Assembly: GCA_037142615.1 (NCBI GenBank)
Contig: JBAXAI010000006.1
Location: forward strand, 32,001 to 96,000
Direction: 5' to 3'
Length of the DNA: 64,000 nucleotides
Origin: Spirochaetales bacterium
GTDB lineage: Bacteria > Spirochaetota > Spirochaetia > JABEVK01
How positions within the stretch are numbered: position 1 is the stretch's first letter; each line of letters starts with the position of its first letter. The notes under the pieces were generated by a model. The model searched no databases, was not told the DNA's origin, and worked only from the letters and a program-made list of their open reading frames with translations. The translations under genes were made by a program, and so were the position numbers. Shown here piece after piece: positions 8,671-18,051 of this stretch.

Positions 8671-9567
8671 TCAACGCGACACGGCCTTCAGGTCGAAGTC
8701 AGTGCCCTCTTTTTCGCCCACCGGGGTGCCGTCGAGGGCCCACATTTTGTCAAAGCTCCCCTTGGTCTTCACCTGAAGGGTCCAGGTGTCTTTTTCGGCC
8801 CACAGCAAGCCGATCCAGAAGCCGTTGGCCACCCGGGTCAGCGGAAAGCCGTTCTTGTTCCAGTTGGAATAGTCACCGGTAACGTCGAGCTGGACGTTGT
8901 CGGCCAGGCCAGCTTTCTTGCCGTCGAAGACGATGAGTTGGGGCAAAGAGGCAGGGGAGGCGTCGATGGTGAGCTTGGAGGTGCCAGTACCGCCGGTCAG
9001 GGACCACGACCGGGCGCTGCCTTTTCCTGCGACCTTGACGTCGTAGGTTCCAGGGTCACCGTGAGCCAGACCGACCCAAAACTTCGGCGCGATTCGGTAC
9101 AGTGGCGCAGGGCTGCCAGGAATCCCCTGGAGCTCCAGCTTGGTGGCATCGGTCAGGCCCGAGACGTTGTTTCCGTCAAAGAAGACCAGCTTTGCGGCCT
9201 TCGCCTCGGCCGCCGTCCCGACGATGGTCGATCCGGTCATGGCCACAGCGAGCCCTTCGAGATCCCATTTCAGATCCCAGGTTCCCTTGGACTTGACCTG
9301 CACGCCGTTCCAACTGCCTTCGTACACGCGCAAAAAGCCGAGCCAGATTTTCGGGCTCACTTCGTACAAGGGCTCGGCCTGCACCTTCCAGTCGTTGAAC
9401 GATCCAGCGATATCCAGGGCCATCCCCGAAGTGATGCCTTCGGAATCAGTGCCATTGAACACGATGAGCTTCGAGGTGATGGGGGCCGCCTTCGGAGGGG
9501 CATCCTGCGCCAGAACGGGAACCGTGGCCAAAAAGGCCACAGCCAAAAAAACCATGAGATACTTCAT
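8671..9567 (-). CDS. Secreted protein with three tandem CBM48/Ig-like repeats (putative starch-binding)
   Basis: Signal peptide (VLA-Q); three ~85-aa repeats L(I/V)(V/F)F(N/D)G...L(D/E)...G...W...PL.....(I/F)W.G...W.L; follows the GH13 gene in the maltodextrin operon. Confidence 0.55.
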   Translation of the reverse strand: MKYLMVFLAVAFLATVPVLAQDAPPKAAPITSKLIVFNGTDSEGITSGMALDIAGSFNDWKVQAEPLYEVSPKIWLGFLRVYEGSWNGVQVKSKGTWDLKWDLEGLAVAMTGSTIVGTAAEAKAAKLVFFDGNNVSGLTDATKLELQGIPGSPAPLYRIAPKFWVGLAHGDPGTYDVKVAGKGSARSWSLTGGTGTSKLTIDASPASLPQLIVFDGKKAGLADNVQLDVTGDYSNWNKNGFPLTRVANGFWIGLLWAEKDTWTLQVKTKGSFDKMWALDGTPVGEKEGTDFDLKAVSR

Positions 9568-11393
9568 ACAAACTCCTTTTGAGAAACATTCGAATTGTCA
9601 TTCATAAGCCAGAGGGCCGACCAGGGTCGCAAAACTCCACCCAAGGTCGGGCGGTCGTGGTCGAACAAGTCGATCCACTGCGGCGACCCGGCGGGCCAAA
9701 CCCATGCGACGGGTTGGTCGGTCGGATTGAGCAAAACCCGCACCGTTTGGCCGCCAAGCCTCCGTTCGAAGGCGACAAGGCCATCGTGAGCGTCGATCCA
9801 ACGAAAGTCACCGTGCCGCAGTACCGGCAGACGGTTGCGAAGCCGAAGGAGGAAGGCTACCTCGGTGCGGAAGCCGGTGGCGCTAGCCCCGTCGTCCCAA
9901 GGCATGCACCGGCGGTTGTCCGGATCGGCGCCGCCCTCGAGGGCGGCCTCCTGCCCGTAATACAGCATGGGACTCCCCGGGTAGGCCAAGAGGAAACTCA
10001 AGGCCACCAGGTGCCGACCAGCGTGGTTGCCGCAGCGGGTCATGAAGCGCGAGGTGTCGTGCGACTCGAGCATGTTCATCATCACCGAGTTGACCTGGTC
10101 GGTATGGCGGACCAGAAGTTCGGTCACGCCGTCGCGGAAGGCCTCGAACGAAAGCTCGGACCTCGCGAAAAATTGGTCGCAAAGCCACGTGAGGTTGTAG
10201 TTCATTACACCGTCGTGCTGGTCACCCTGCAGCCACGGGCTGGCGTTCTGACCGATTTCCCCCACGATGAAGGCCTCGGGGTTTGCTCCGCGCACCGTCT
10301 TTCGGAACTCGCGCCAAAAGCCGTGGTCCACCTCGTCGGCCACGTCGAGGCGCCAGCCGTCGATTCCTGTCTTCTCGATCCAGTAACGGGCCGCGCCTAG
10401 CAGGTAATCCTGCACCGGTGGATGGGCGGTATTGAGCTTGGGCATGGTGGGGACGTAGCCGAAGGTCTCGTAGGTGCGGTAGTCCTCGCCCTTGGGCCCG
10501 ACAAACCAGGAACTCCAGTGGCCTTCCTGGGACCGGCGGACCTGTTCGTCGTAATTCAGCGGAAAAAGCCGAAGGTGAAACCAGTCCTTATACTTCGAGC
10601 GTTCTCCGTTCTCTCGGACCTCCCGGAACGGGGCGAACTCGGGCCCAGAATGGTTGAAGACCGCGTCCAAAAGGACGCGGATCCCTTTCTTGTGGGCCTC
10701 ACTCACCAGCTGCCTCAAGTCTTCTTCAGTCCCAAAGTCAGAATCGATGGCCAAGTAGTCGGTCGTATCGTACTTGTGGTTGCTCACGGCCTGGAACACC
10801 GGGGTCAGGTAAAGAGCTCCGATACCCAACTCGGCCAGGTAGTCCAGCTTCTTGGTGATGCCCCTCAGGTTGCCACCCATCAGCGAATCGGGTCGAGGGG
10901 AGCTGCCCCAGGGGTCGAACGACTTCTGGTTGCGAGAAGACGAGCCTTCGGAATCCCGGAAGAACCGGTCGACAAAGATCTGATAGAACACGGTTCCCGG
11001 AACCCAGGAGGGAACCCGGTGGACCTCGTTCTCGTGGAGGAAAGGTAACTGGAAGAACCCCTTCCAAGCCTTCTCGGGAGGAATCCTTGCTTCGAAAAAG
11101 CCGGTTTCCAGAAAGTCAGTCGTCGTGCCGTCAGAGGTCAGGCGAAAGTAATAGGCCAACCGGCGGTCGGTGACTTCGACCTCGGCTACCCAGTACTCGA
11201 ACAGTTGGGTCGAATGCTCCAGAACCAACTCGCTGGTCCGAAACGCCTCGGCAGCGAATTTGTCGCCGAACAGTATCTGCACACTTTGGCAATTGCCACG
11301 GGCGGTTCGAAGGCGTACGCGGGCCGCGCGAGCCGAGACACTGTAGCTTGAACTCGATTGGACCTGGTGGAAGACAGCGTGGCGGTTGAGCAT
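9564..11393 (-). CDS. GH13 neopullulanase/cyclomaltodextrinase
   Basis: CBM34-like N-terminus; FYQIFVDRF, SNHKYDT, LDAVFNH, GWRLDVADE, GEI, ESHDT conserved regions; ATG 11393. Confidence 0.95.
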   Translation of the reverse strand: MLNRHAVFHQVQSSSSYSVSARAARVRLRTARGNCQSVQILFGDKFAAEAFRTSELVLEHSTQLFEYWVAEVEVTDRRLAYYFRLTSDGTTTDFLETGFFEARIPPEKAWKGFFQLPFLHENEVHRVPSWVPGTVFYQIFVDRFFRDSEGSSSRNQKSFDPWGSSPRPDSLMGGNLRGITKKLDYLAELGIGALYLTPVFQAVSNHKYDTTDYLAIDSDFGTEEDLRQLVSEAHKKGIRVLLDAVFNHSGPEFAPFREVRENGERSKYKDWFHLRLFPLNYDEQVRRSQEGHWSSWFVGPKGEDYRTYETFGYVPTMPKLNTAHPPVQDYLLGAARYWIEKTGIDGWRLDVADEVDHGFWREFRKTVRGANPEAFIVGEIGQNASPWLQGDQHDGVMNYNLTWLCDQFFARSELSFEAFRDGVTELLVRHTDQVNSVMMNMLESHDTSRFMTRCGNHAGRHLVALSFLLAYPGSPMLYYGQEAALEGGADPDNRRCMPWDDGASATGFRTEVAFLLRLRNRLPVLRHGDFRWIDAHDGLVAFERRLGGQTVRVLLNPTDQPVAWVWPAGSPQWIDLFDHDRPTLGGVLRPWSALWLMNDNSNVSQKEFV

Positions 11394-11395
11394 GG

Positions 11396-12244
11396 TCAGC
11401 CCTTCACGCCGCCAGCCGCCAAGCCGCTCACGATGTACTTTTGCAGGTAGGCGAACAAAGCGACGGCCGGAACGGCAACCAGAATCGAGGCCGCCGCGAA
11501 AAGCGTGAACTGGTCGCTGGCCCGGTACTGAATCCACTCAAAGATCCCCACCGCCAAGGTCGTGTTCCCTCCCCGCAGAATCAGCTTCGGAAAGATGAAA
11601 TCAAACCACGGCATCATGAACGCTCCCAACGCCACAAGGACCAGAATCGGCCGAGCCAAGGGCAGCAGGACTCTCCAGAAGATGGTGAACTCGTCGGCGC
11701 CGTCGATGCGGGCGGCCTCGTCGAGGCTGACGGAAATCCCGTCGAAGTACCCCTTCACCAGCCACGCGTTGTAGGGCAGTTGTGCCGAGGCGTAAATCAA
11801 GATCAGGCCCCAGTACGTGTCCAGCAACCCCAGTTTGTCCAGGATGATGAAGATGGCAATCATGGTCAGGAACGACGGGAACATCTGGAGCACCAGGACA
11901 ATCAGCATGGCGCCTTTCTTGGCCTTGAACTGCCAGCGCGAAAAGCTGTACCCGGTAATGGCCGTGAAGAGAAGGCAGACCACGGTATTCAACACGGCGA
12001 TTCGGAACGAGTTGCCAAACCAAAGCGGAAAATCGGTCTTGGTAAACAGTTGCACGTAGTTGTCGAGGGTCAGTTCCTTCGGAAAGAAGTTCGAGCTGTA
12101 AAGGCCGGAGCCCGCCTTGAACGAGGCCATCACGATCCACAGAACGGGCAAGAGGATCACGAACGAGATCAGAACCAACAGGGTGTAGACCAAAACCGTT
12201 GAGGCGTCGAATTGCGCCGGCTTGCGTAGAGTCTTGGCGTTCAT
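11396..12244 (-). CDS. malG: Maltodextrin ABC transporter permease (MalG-like)
   Basis: EAA loop 'SLDEAARIDGA', LQMFPSF motif, C-terminal GLAAGGVKG; real start ATG 12244 overlaps the malF stop. Confidence 0.9.
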   Translation of the reverse strand: MNAKTLRKPAQFDASTVLVYTLLVLISFVILLPVLWIVMASFKAGSGLYSSNFFPKELTLDNYVQLFTKTDFPLWFGNSFRIAVLNTVVCLLFTAITGYSFSRWQFKAKKGAMLIVLVLQMFPSFLTMIAIFIILDKLGLLDTYWGLILIYASAQLPYNAWLVKGYFDGISVSLDEAARIDGADEFTIFWRVLLPLARPILVLVALGAFMMPWFDFIFPKLILRGGNTTLAVGIFEWIQYRASDQFTLFAAASILVAVPAVALFAYLQKYIVSGLAAGGVKG

Positions 12245-13596
12245 GACAGGGCACTCCCTTCTTGGAAGGACTTGGTTCGGGTGAAATAGAAAATGCAGAT
12301 CGTGGCCACGAAGGCGAAAAGCAGAATCGTGATCGCCGCCGCCATGGCAAACTGCTGGTTGTTGAGGGTCAGCTTGTACACCCAACTGATAAAGATGTCG
12401 GTGTCGCCGGCGTACGACAGCGAACTGTTGTCGGGACGCCCATCGGTCAGCAGATAGATTGCCCCGAAGTTGTTGAAGTTCATCGAAAACGTGAGCACTA
12501 CGGCCGGCATCAATTGCGTGAGAACCAGGGGCAGAGTGATCTGCCTGAACTGGAGCCACGGGCTGGCCCCGTCGATGTCGGCGGCCTCGTACAGATCGGC
12601 GCTGATGTTGGTCATGGCGCTCGAACAAAGGATCATGAAGTAGGGTGCGCTTACCCAGACGGCCACCCCGAGGATGACGAACTTGGCGATCAAGGAGTCG
12701 GTCAGGAAGGGCACCTTGTCGAGGCCCCAGTCCGACAAAAGATTGTTCATCGCTCCGGCGCCGTTGAACAGCACGCGCATCACCAGAAGGCTGATGAAGC
12801 TGGGAATGGCGTAGGGAAGGATGAAGATCACCCTCCAGAGGCCTCGGAACCGAATCTTCTTGTGGGCGGTCAACAAGGCCAGACCCAGACCGGCGGCGAA
12901 GTTCAGGAACGTGATGGAGACCGTCCAGATGATGTTCCAAACGCCGACGGTGGCCATGGTTTCACCCCAAATCGAGGCGCTGAACAGATCGCTGAAGTTC
13001 TGAAAACCGACCCATTGAACCAGATTTCGCGGTGGAAGGTGGTCGGGGGCGCGGTAGTTGGTGAAGGCCACGCAGATCGTGACGATCATGGGCAGAAGCG
13101 TGAAGAAAAGGATGGCCAGAAACCCGGGGGTGAGCGACAGGGGAAAGAAGTTGTCGTTCAGCATGCGACGCACGCTCACCGGCTTGCCCTTTTCGCGCTC
13201 CTGGGCGCAGCGCCGGGCCGACCGGATGTTGACCACGTACAGCAGGGCAAAGACCCCAAGAACCAGCAGCAGGACCAAACCGTTAACCAGCAGAAAGACG
13301 GAATGGTCGCCCTGGATCACGTCGAAGCCGTCCGAGGTCTGCTCCTTTTCCCCGAGGGTGAAAAGACCTTTGACCGTGGCGAGGGCGTTGGGAAAGTTCG
13401 TGTAGTCCCAGACCGAAAGGGCAGGAGCGTCGGGTGGCAGCGGTCCTTCCAACGAAGTGACGATCTGGCCGACGTTGAAAATGAGGGCCAGCTCGATCAG
13501 GAGGAACAGCAGACCCTTGAGCACGGCTCCGTTGTAGAACTGGCCCAGACCCATCAAGCAGGTCGATAGGAGAGCTGAATGTTGAACGCGGTTCAC
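12241..13596 (-). CDS. malF: Maltodextrin ABC transporter permease (MalF-like)
   Basis: 'GLGQFYN' N-terminus, AFTNY, ILPYAIPSFIS, EAA loop LYEAADIDGAS, NFNNF. Confidence 0.9.
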   Translation of the reverse strand: MNRVQHSALLSTCLMGLGQFYNGAVLKGLLFLLIELALIFNVGQIVTSLEGPLPPDAPALSVWDYTNFPNALATVKGLFTLGEKEQTSDGFDVIQGDHSVFLLVNGLVLLLVLGVFALLYVVNIRSARRCAQEREKGKPVSVRRMLNDNFFPLSLTPGFLAILFFTLLPMIVTICVAFTNYRAPDHLPPRNLVQWVGFQNFSDLFSASIWGETMATVGVWNIIWTVSITFLNFAAGLGLALLTAHKKIRFRGLWRVIFILPYAIPSFISLLVMRVLFNGAGAMNNLLSDWGLDKVPFLTDSLIAKFVILGVAVWVSAPYFMILCSSAMTNISADLYEAADIDGASPWLQFRQITLPLVLTQLMPAVVLTFSMNFNNFGAIYLLTDGRPDNSSLSYAGDTDIFISWVYKLTLNNQQFAMAAAITILLFAFVATICIFYFTRTKSFQEGSALS

Positions 13597-13603
13597 AAAG
13601 GCC

Positions 13604-14833
13604 TCACTTTCTGTTCTGAATGGCGATCTGGTCTTGGATGGTCTTGGAAGCGGTGGCCATGGCGGTCTTCACGTCGATTTTTCCCGACCAAGCGTCGCTC
13701 ATGGCGGTCTGGAACGGAGCCCACACCAGGTTGATTTCGGGAATAGCGGGCATCGGGTCGCTGTTCTTCAGTTGTGCGACAAACGCCTGATTGAAACTGG
13801 ATTTGGTGACCTCTGAGTTGGTGAGCAAGACCGAGACCGGGGGAATCTGGTCGGTGAGTCGAAATCGTTCCAGCAGCATCTCATCGCTCGTGAGGAACTT
13901 GGCAAAGAGTTGAGCGGCCGTGGGATACTTGCTGTAGGTACTGGTGCCGTACACCTGCACGCCTGAAAAGGGCCTAGGCGTGATTCCGGCGAGCGTCGGG
14001 AGGGGCACGATGCCGAAGTTCACACCGGCCTTTTGCAAGCCGTAGATGTTCCAGGGGCCGCCGATGATCGCCGAGGCCTTGCCTTCCGAAAACAAGCCGC
14101 TGACGACATCGCCGGTGATGTCTTGGGCTTTCTGCAGCATCGCCGGACGAAGGCCGACAACCGCCGTCAGTGCCTTCACCGTGGCGGAGTTGTTCAGCCC
14201 GAGGTCGGTGGCGTCGGTTCCATTCTTGCCGAACACGTAACCACCCGCGCCCGCCATAAAACCGTAGTCGATGTAGAGGTTGTCTGGCTGGAACACAAGG
14301 GCATACTTGTTCTTCTTCGGGTTGTTCCACGTCTTGCCGAACTCCACGATCTCCTCGAAGGTTTTGGGGGGAGCCTTCCAGAGGTCCTTGTTGTAGAACA
14401 GGGCAGTGGTTTCCATGGCGCACGGGAACCCGTAGACCTTGCCGTTGTAGGTGACCGCTTGGACGACCATGGGAACAAAGTCCTTCTTGATCCGGCTGGT
14501 GGACACCAGGTTTTCCATGAGCAGGCCGGCGGCCACACCGTCGCCAATGCTGTTGTGAGGCATGACGAACACATCGGCCCCACGGCCGGCAGGCCCGTCG
14601 GTCGACAGCTTGTTCATGGCCACCATGCCCCCCACCTCTTCCACCGTAACGGGGACCCCGGTGGCTTCAGTGAACTTTTTGGCGGCGGCGCGCAGAAAGT
14701 CCGCCCCGACCCCCTGGCCTTCCCAAGCGATCAGTTTGGCGCCTTTTTCGGGCTGGACGTCCCGATCTTGAGCGTGAAGGAGGCCAGCTCCGAGCAGGGT
14801 AAAGACGATCAGGCCAGCTAGTGCGTTTTTCAT
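13604..14833 (-). CDS. malE: Maltose/maltodextrin-binding periplasmic protein
   Basis: Signal peptide; DGPAGRGADVF, ETTALFYNKDL, GPW, PMPAIPE motifs of MalE/MdxE; GGAGGAG RBS. Confidence 0.9.
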   Translation of the reverse strand: MKNALAGLIVFTLLGAGLLHAQDRDVQPEKGAKLIAWEGQGVGADFLRAAAKKFTEATGVPVTVEEVGGMVAMNKLSTDGPAGRGADVFVMPHNSIGDGVAAGLLMENLVSTSRIKKDFVPMVVQAVTYNGKVYGFPCAMETTALFYNKDLWKAPPKTFEEIVEFGKTWNNPKKNKYALVFQPDNLYIDYGFMAGAGGYVFGKNGTDATDLGLNNSATVKALTAVVGLRPAMLQKAQDITGDVVSGLFSEGKASAIIGGPWNIYGLQKAGVNFGIVPLPTLAGITPRPFSGVQVYGTSTYSKYPTAAQLFAKFLTSDEMLLERFRLTDQIPPVSVLLTNSEVTKSSFNQAFVAQLKNSDPMPAIPEINLVWAPFQTAMSDAWSGKIDVKTAMATASKTIQDQIAIQNRK

Positions 14834-14891
14834 CGAACTCTCCTCCCCGCCCAAGCGGGACGTTTCAGTTTCAGTATAGGTGAGGGAATCC

Positions 14892-16037
14892 TCAGGGCAG
14901 GGCGGTAAACTTCACTGTCAGGGCAACCGGGTTGAAGGTCACGAGGTAGCTTCCGGTCGCGGCAATGGCCACACTTTCGTTGGCCATGTGGGCGGCGGCG
15001 AGTTTTCCCTCGGTCCCGACAGCAAGCGCCTTGGCACCCGTCCACGCCGTAGCCCAGTCGCTGGTGGCGAACTGGAAGTCGGGGGCCTTCTCGGAAGTGC
15101 CCTTGATCACCTTGATCACCTTGCTGTAGTTGTTGCCGCCGTCATAGACCATCAGGTTGGGCAGCGTCCCGGTGTTCCAGTCGCCAGCTTCCCACGACAG
15201 AATGTGGCCCACCAGGTAGTACGCCTTCGCGACCTGCACCTTGTTGCCCTTGGTGTCGATGCGGAGGGTGTAGTTGCCCGCAGCCAGGCCGGTGATGTTC
15301 TTGTTGGCCATGCCGGCGGGAACCAGCGCGGCGTCGGTGCCATCCGAAGGCACGTCGGCGGCGCCGGTGAACGTGGTACCGGCCGCAAAGCCGTTCCCGG
15401 TGAACTGGAAGCTCAAGCCGCCGGCCAGCGCCGCTGCGGCCGCATCCACGGTGTAGGTCTTTTCGTACACGCCGTTGCCGGCGTAGGTCGCGACACTTGC
15501 CGCGTCGGTGGTCCAGCTCCCCTTGCCGCCGGCCGAGCCGAAAGCTCCGACCACGTAGCGGGCCGGAACGACCACGACGCTTTGGTTGGCCAGGTCGAAG
15601 TGGAAGGTGTAGAAGCCTGCCGTCGCGATGACCACGTTGCCGCCTTCCATGGCGACGGGCTTGAGGCCGGCGGCGGCTCCGCCGGGGACCAGGTCTGCCG
15701 TCCCGACAAACTTGTCGGTCCAGGTGGTATCGGCGAACTGGTAGTTCCAGGTGCCGGCCTCGAGGGAGACCGTTCTCTCGTAGACGGCGTCACTGAGCTT
15801 GGTCATCAGGTTGGTGGCGGTGGCACCGTTGTCCCACCTCGTGGCCTCGGGATTGATGGTCCCCACCAAGTAGAAGGTCGACGCGCTCCAAGTCAGGGCC
15901 GCCTTGGCCACCGGCTTGGCTACAACCGGCGTGGCTGTAACCGGTTTGTCTGCAATCGGCGCGTTGGTGGTGGTACAACTGACCAGCAGTAGTCCGACGA
16001 GGGCGGCCACACAGGCAGCCAGACTGAACTTCTTCAT
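14892..16037 (-). CDS. Lipoprotein with three SusE/SusF-like starch-binding beta-sandwich repeats
   Basis: Lipobox LLVSC; Ala/Pro/Val linker; three ~105-aa repeats beginning (F/Y)Y(L/V)VG...W...Y(E/S)...QF...G.Y...; first gene of the mal operon. Confidence 0.65.
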   Translation of the reverse strand: MKKFSLAACVAALVGLLLVSCTTTNAPIADKPVTATPVVAKPVAKAALTWSASTFYLVGTINPEATRWDNGATATNLMTKLSDAVYERTVSLEAGTWNYQFADTTWTDKFVGTADLVPGGAAAGLKPVAMEGGNVVIATAGFYTFHFDLANQSVVVVPARYVVGAFGSAGGKGSWTTDAASVATYAGNGVYEKTYTVDAAAAALAGGLSFQFTGNGFAAGTTFTGAADVPSDGTDAALVPAGMANKNITGLAAGNYTLRIDTKGNKVQVAKAYYLVGHILSWEAGDWNTGTLPNLMVYDGGNNYSKVIKVIKGTSEKAPDFQFATSDWATAWTGAKALAVGTEGKLAAAHMANESVAIAATGSYLVTFNPVALTVKFTALP

Positions 16038-16049
16038 AAACTTCTCCTT

Positions 16050-16065
16050 GGGAAAACGTTTTCCC
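16050..16065. promoter_or_regulatory. LacI-family operator GGGAAAACGTTTTCCC
   Basis: Perfect 16-bp palindrome with central CG between the promoter and the RBS; LacI gene adjacent. Confidence 0.85.
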
Positions 16066-16076
16066 TAACAAGCGGA

Positions 16077-16105
16077 ATGCTAGGCCCAGATTTTCCAGTT
16101 GTCAA
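16077..16105 (-). promoter_or_regulatory. Sigma70 promoter of the mal operon, TTGACA-N17-TAGCAT
   Basis: Consensus -35 at 16105-16100, 17-nt spacer, -10 at 16082-16077. Confidence 0.8.
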
Positions 16106-16107
16106 CC

Positions 16108-16125
16108 ACAATTTCATGAAATTGT
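16108..16125. promoter_or_regulatory. Perfect 18-bp palindrome ACAATTTCATGAAATTGT abutting the -35
   Basis: Perfect inverted repeat 2 bp upstream of -35; does not match the LacI site. Confidence 0.6.
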
Positions 16126-16167
16126 ACCCAAAGACCGTATGGATGGGATCTCTCGGTGAAATCGATC

Positions 16168-16183
16168 GGGAAATTGCTTTCCC
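16168..16183. promoter_or_regulatory. Putative auxiliary LacI operator GGGAAATTGCTTTCCC
   Basis: Same GGGAAA-N4-TTTCCC arms as 16050, 118 bp upstream. Confidence 0.55.
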
Positions 16184-16227
16184 TTTTCGAAGTGCGACTC
16201 GTCGAAGTGCCCTTCGCTAGGCCCGAG

Positions 16228-17244
16228 CTAGCAACTTTCCCGGATGATCAATTCGGGCCGTCCCACCAACGAGTGGACAGGAGTCGGCACGTCGCGAAGG
16301 GTCGCGAGGAGAGTTCGTGCCGCCATGGAACCGAGACCATAGAGGTCGGTGGTCACGACCGTCAGGCCAGGCGTGAGAAACGGCGCCAGCGGGTAGTTGT
16401 CGAAGGCAACCACCCCGAGGTCCTCGGGGATACGAAGGCCCAGGTGCAACGCGACCCGGTACACAAGGGCAGCGACAAAGTTGCTGGTGCAGACAACGCC
16501 GTCGGGCCGAACGCCGACGGGCCGCCCGAGCACGGCCTCCAGGGCCTCGAACGAACCGGTTTGGTCGGCAATGGGGAAGCCGACGATCAGATCTTCCCGA
16601 AACGGTACGTGGGAGGCCTTCAGTTCCGTGCGGTAGCCTTCGCAGCGATTTTGTGAGATTGGATCGTCGGCCGGGCCCCCGAAGAACCCCGGATTCGTCA
16701 TTCCCCGGACGACCAGGTGGCTGGTCGCCAGCCGGCCAGCGGCGACGTCATCCACGTCAACGGTGCAAAAGTTGCCTCCGCCCTGGTGATTTCCGATGAC
16801 CACTACCGGCAGATGGTGCGTCTGGGCGTAGGGGATCACCTTGGTCTCGATGGCTGAGGAATGGATGATCAGCCCGTCGACTTTCTTGGTCTGCACCAAC
16901 CGTTCGACCGTGCCCTCGAGGTCGCGATCGTCGTCGACGGTGAGCACGCTCACCATGTAGCCTTCGCGCTGGAGCACCTGCTCGATGCCGCCGAGGATTT
17001 CGAAGTAGTACGGCCCCTGAAAAATGCTGTTCTTCTGGAACTGCATGACAACCGCAATGTTGTTGCTCGACTGCAGGACGAAGTTGCGGGCAATCTGGCT
17101 CGGGTGGTAGTCGAGGTCCTTCATCACCTTGCGGACCCGCTTGGCCGTCTCTTCCGAGATACGACCCGTCCCGTTGATCACCTTGCTGACCGTGGATATG
17201 GCAACGCCGGACTGCCGGGCGACCTCTTGGATGTTCACTGCCAT
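16228..17244 (-). CDS. LacI-family transcriptional regulator (MalR-like)
   Basis: HTH 'NIQEVARQSGVAISTVSKVIN', C-terminal 'GLRIPEDLGVVAFD...LTVV'. Confidence 0.95.
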   Translation of the reverse strand: MAVNIQEVARQSGVAISTVSKVINGTGRISEETAKRVRKVMKDLDYHPSQIARNFVLQSSNNIAVVMQFQKNSIFQGPYYFEILGGIEQVLQREGYMVSVLTVDDDRDLEGTVERLVQTKKVDGLIIHSSAIETKVIPYAQTHHLPVVVIGNHQGGGNFCTVDVDDVAAGRLATSHLVVRGMTNPGFFGGPADDPISQNRCEGYRTELKASHVPFREDLIVGFPIADQTGSFEALEAVLGRPVGVRPDGVVCTSNFVAALVYRVALHLGLRIPEDLGVVAFDNYPLAPFLTPGLTVVTTDLYGLGSMAARTLLATLRDVPTPVHSLVGRPELIIRESC

Positions 17245-17301
17245 AGTGACTGAACCATAGAACATCGGTGGGGACTTGCCAAGGCAGGGTATGGTTCCCC
17301 G

Positions 17302-17994
17302 CTAAGTCAGCTTTCCATTGAGCCGTGCGGTCCAAACGGTCAAAAAGGCCCCGCCGCCGATGCTGAAGGCTTCCAGCAAGAACTGAGCTGGAGTCTGAAA
17401 CACGGGGCCGAAGAACAGAAACACGGCGGTGTACCAGGTGATGAGCATGCAAGTGAACGCTCCCCACAGAAGGGCCGACTGTCCTGTGGCGTTGCCGCGA
17501 GTCGCCGTACGTCGGATTCCGTACGCAACGCCCAGCGAAGCCACTCCGCCGAAGGTGAAGATGTAGATCGGGTCGCCCAGCATTTCTTTGGCGGCATACC
17601 AGATAATCAGCCCGGCCACGACCGACCCTACCAAGAGCCAGGCATATTGCGCTCGGGTACCGCTGGGGAAAATTTCGTCCTTGCCGTATTTCCAAACCTG
17701 CCAGATAAACAGCAGTTCGAAGGCCGAAGTCGGGATCAAGGCGACCCAGAACAACTCGACGTACCAGTGCTGGTAGGTACCAAACCACTCCCCGCCGCGG
17801 AAGACAAACGAGATGTCATGGGCAAACCAAGCCGTCGAGACGGTCAGAGGAAGGGCAAAGGCCTTGTCACGCCGACCAGCGCGGATCGCTTCGGCAAAAA
17901 AGGAGTAGTTGAAGACCATGGCGAAGGCTCCGAGAGCCAGAAACAGAACCGGGTTCGTGTCGACCGACGCCAGCAAGGCGCGAGGATCATACAT
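17302..17994 (-). CDS. Integral membrane protein of the Pyr4/PaxB transmembrane terpene-cyclase-like family
   Basis: About 7 TM, 230 aa; motifs 'AIRAGRRDKAFALP', 'WFAHD', 'ELLFIWQVWKYGKDE', 'RGNATGQSALLW'. Confidence 0.6.
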   Translation of the reverse strand: MYDPRALLASVDTNPVLFLALGAFAMVFNYSFFAEAIRAGRRDKAFALPLTVSTAWFAHDISFVFRGGEWFGTYQHWYVELFWVALIPTSAFELLFIWQVWKYGKDEIFPSGTRAQYAWLLVGSVVAGLIIWYAAKEMLGDPIYIFTFGGVASLGVAYGIRRTATRGNATGQSALLWGAFTCMLITWYTAVFLFFGPVFQTPAQFLLEAFSIGGGAFLTVWTARLNGKLT

Positions 17995-18051
17995 GGGTCA
18001 CCTCCAAAGGCTTACATGATCGATCCAGTTAGGAATGCCGTCAAGGCACGT

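Noticed and set aside
11396-14833. Missing ATPase in the mal, Lpl and SQ ABC operons as a sign of decay
   Set aside because: CUT1 importers commonly share a distal MsmX/MalK ATPase.
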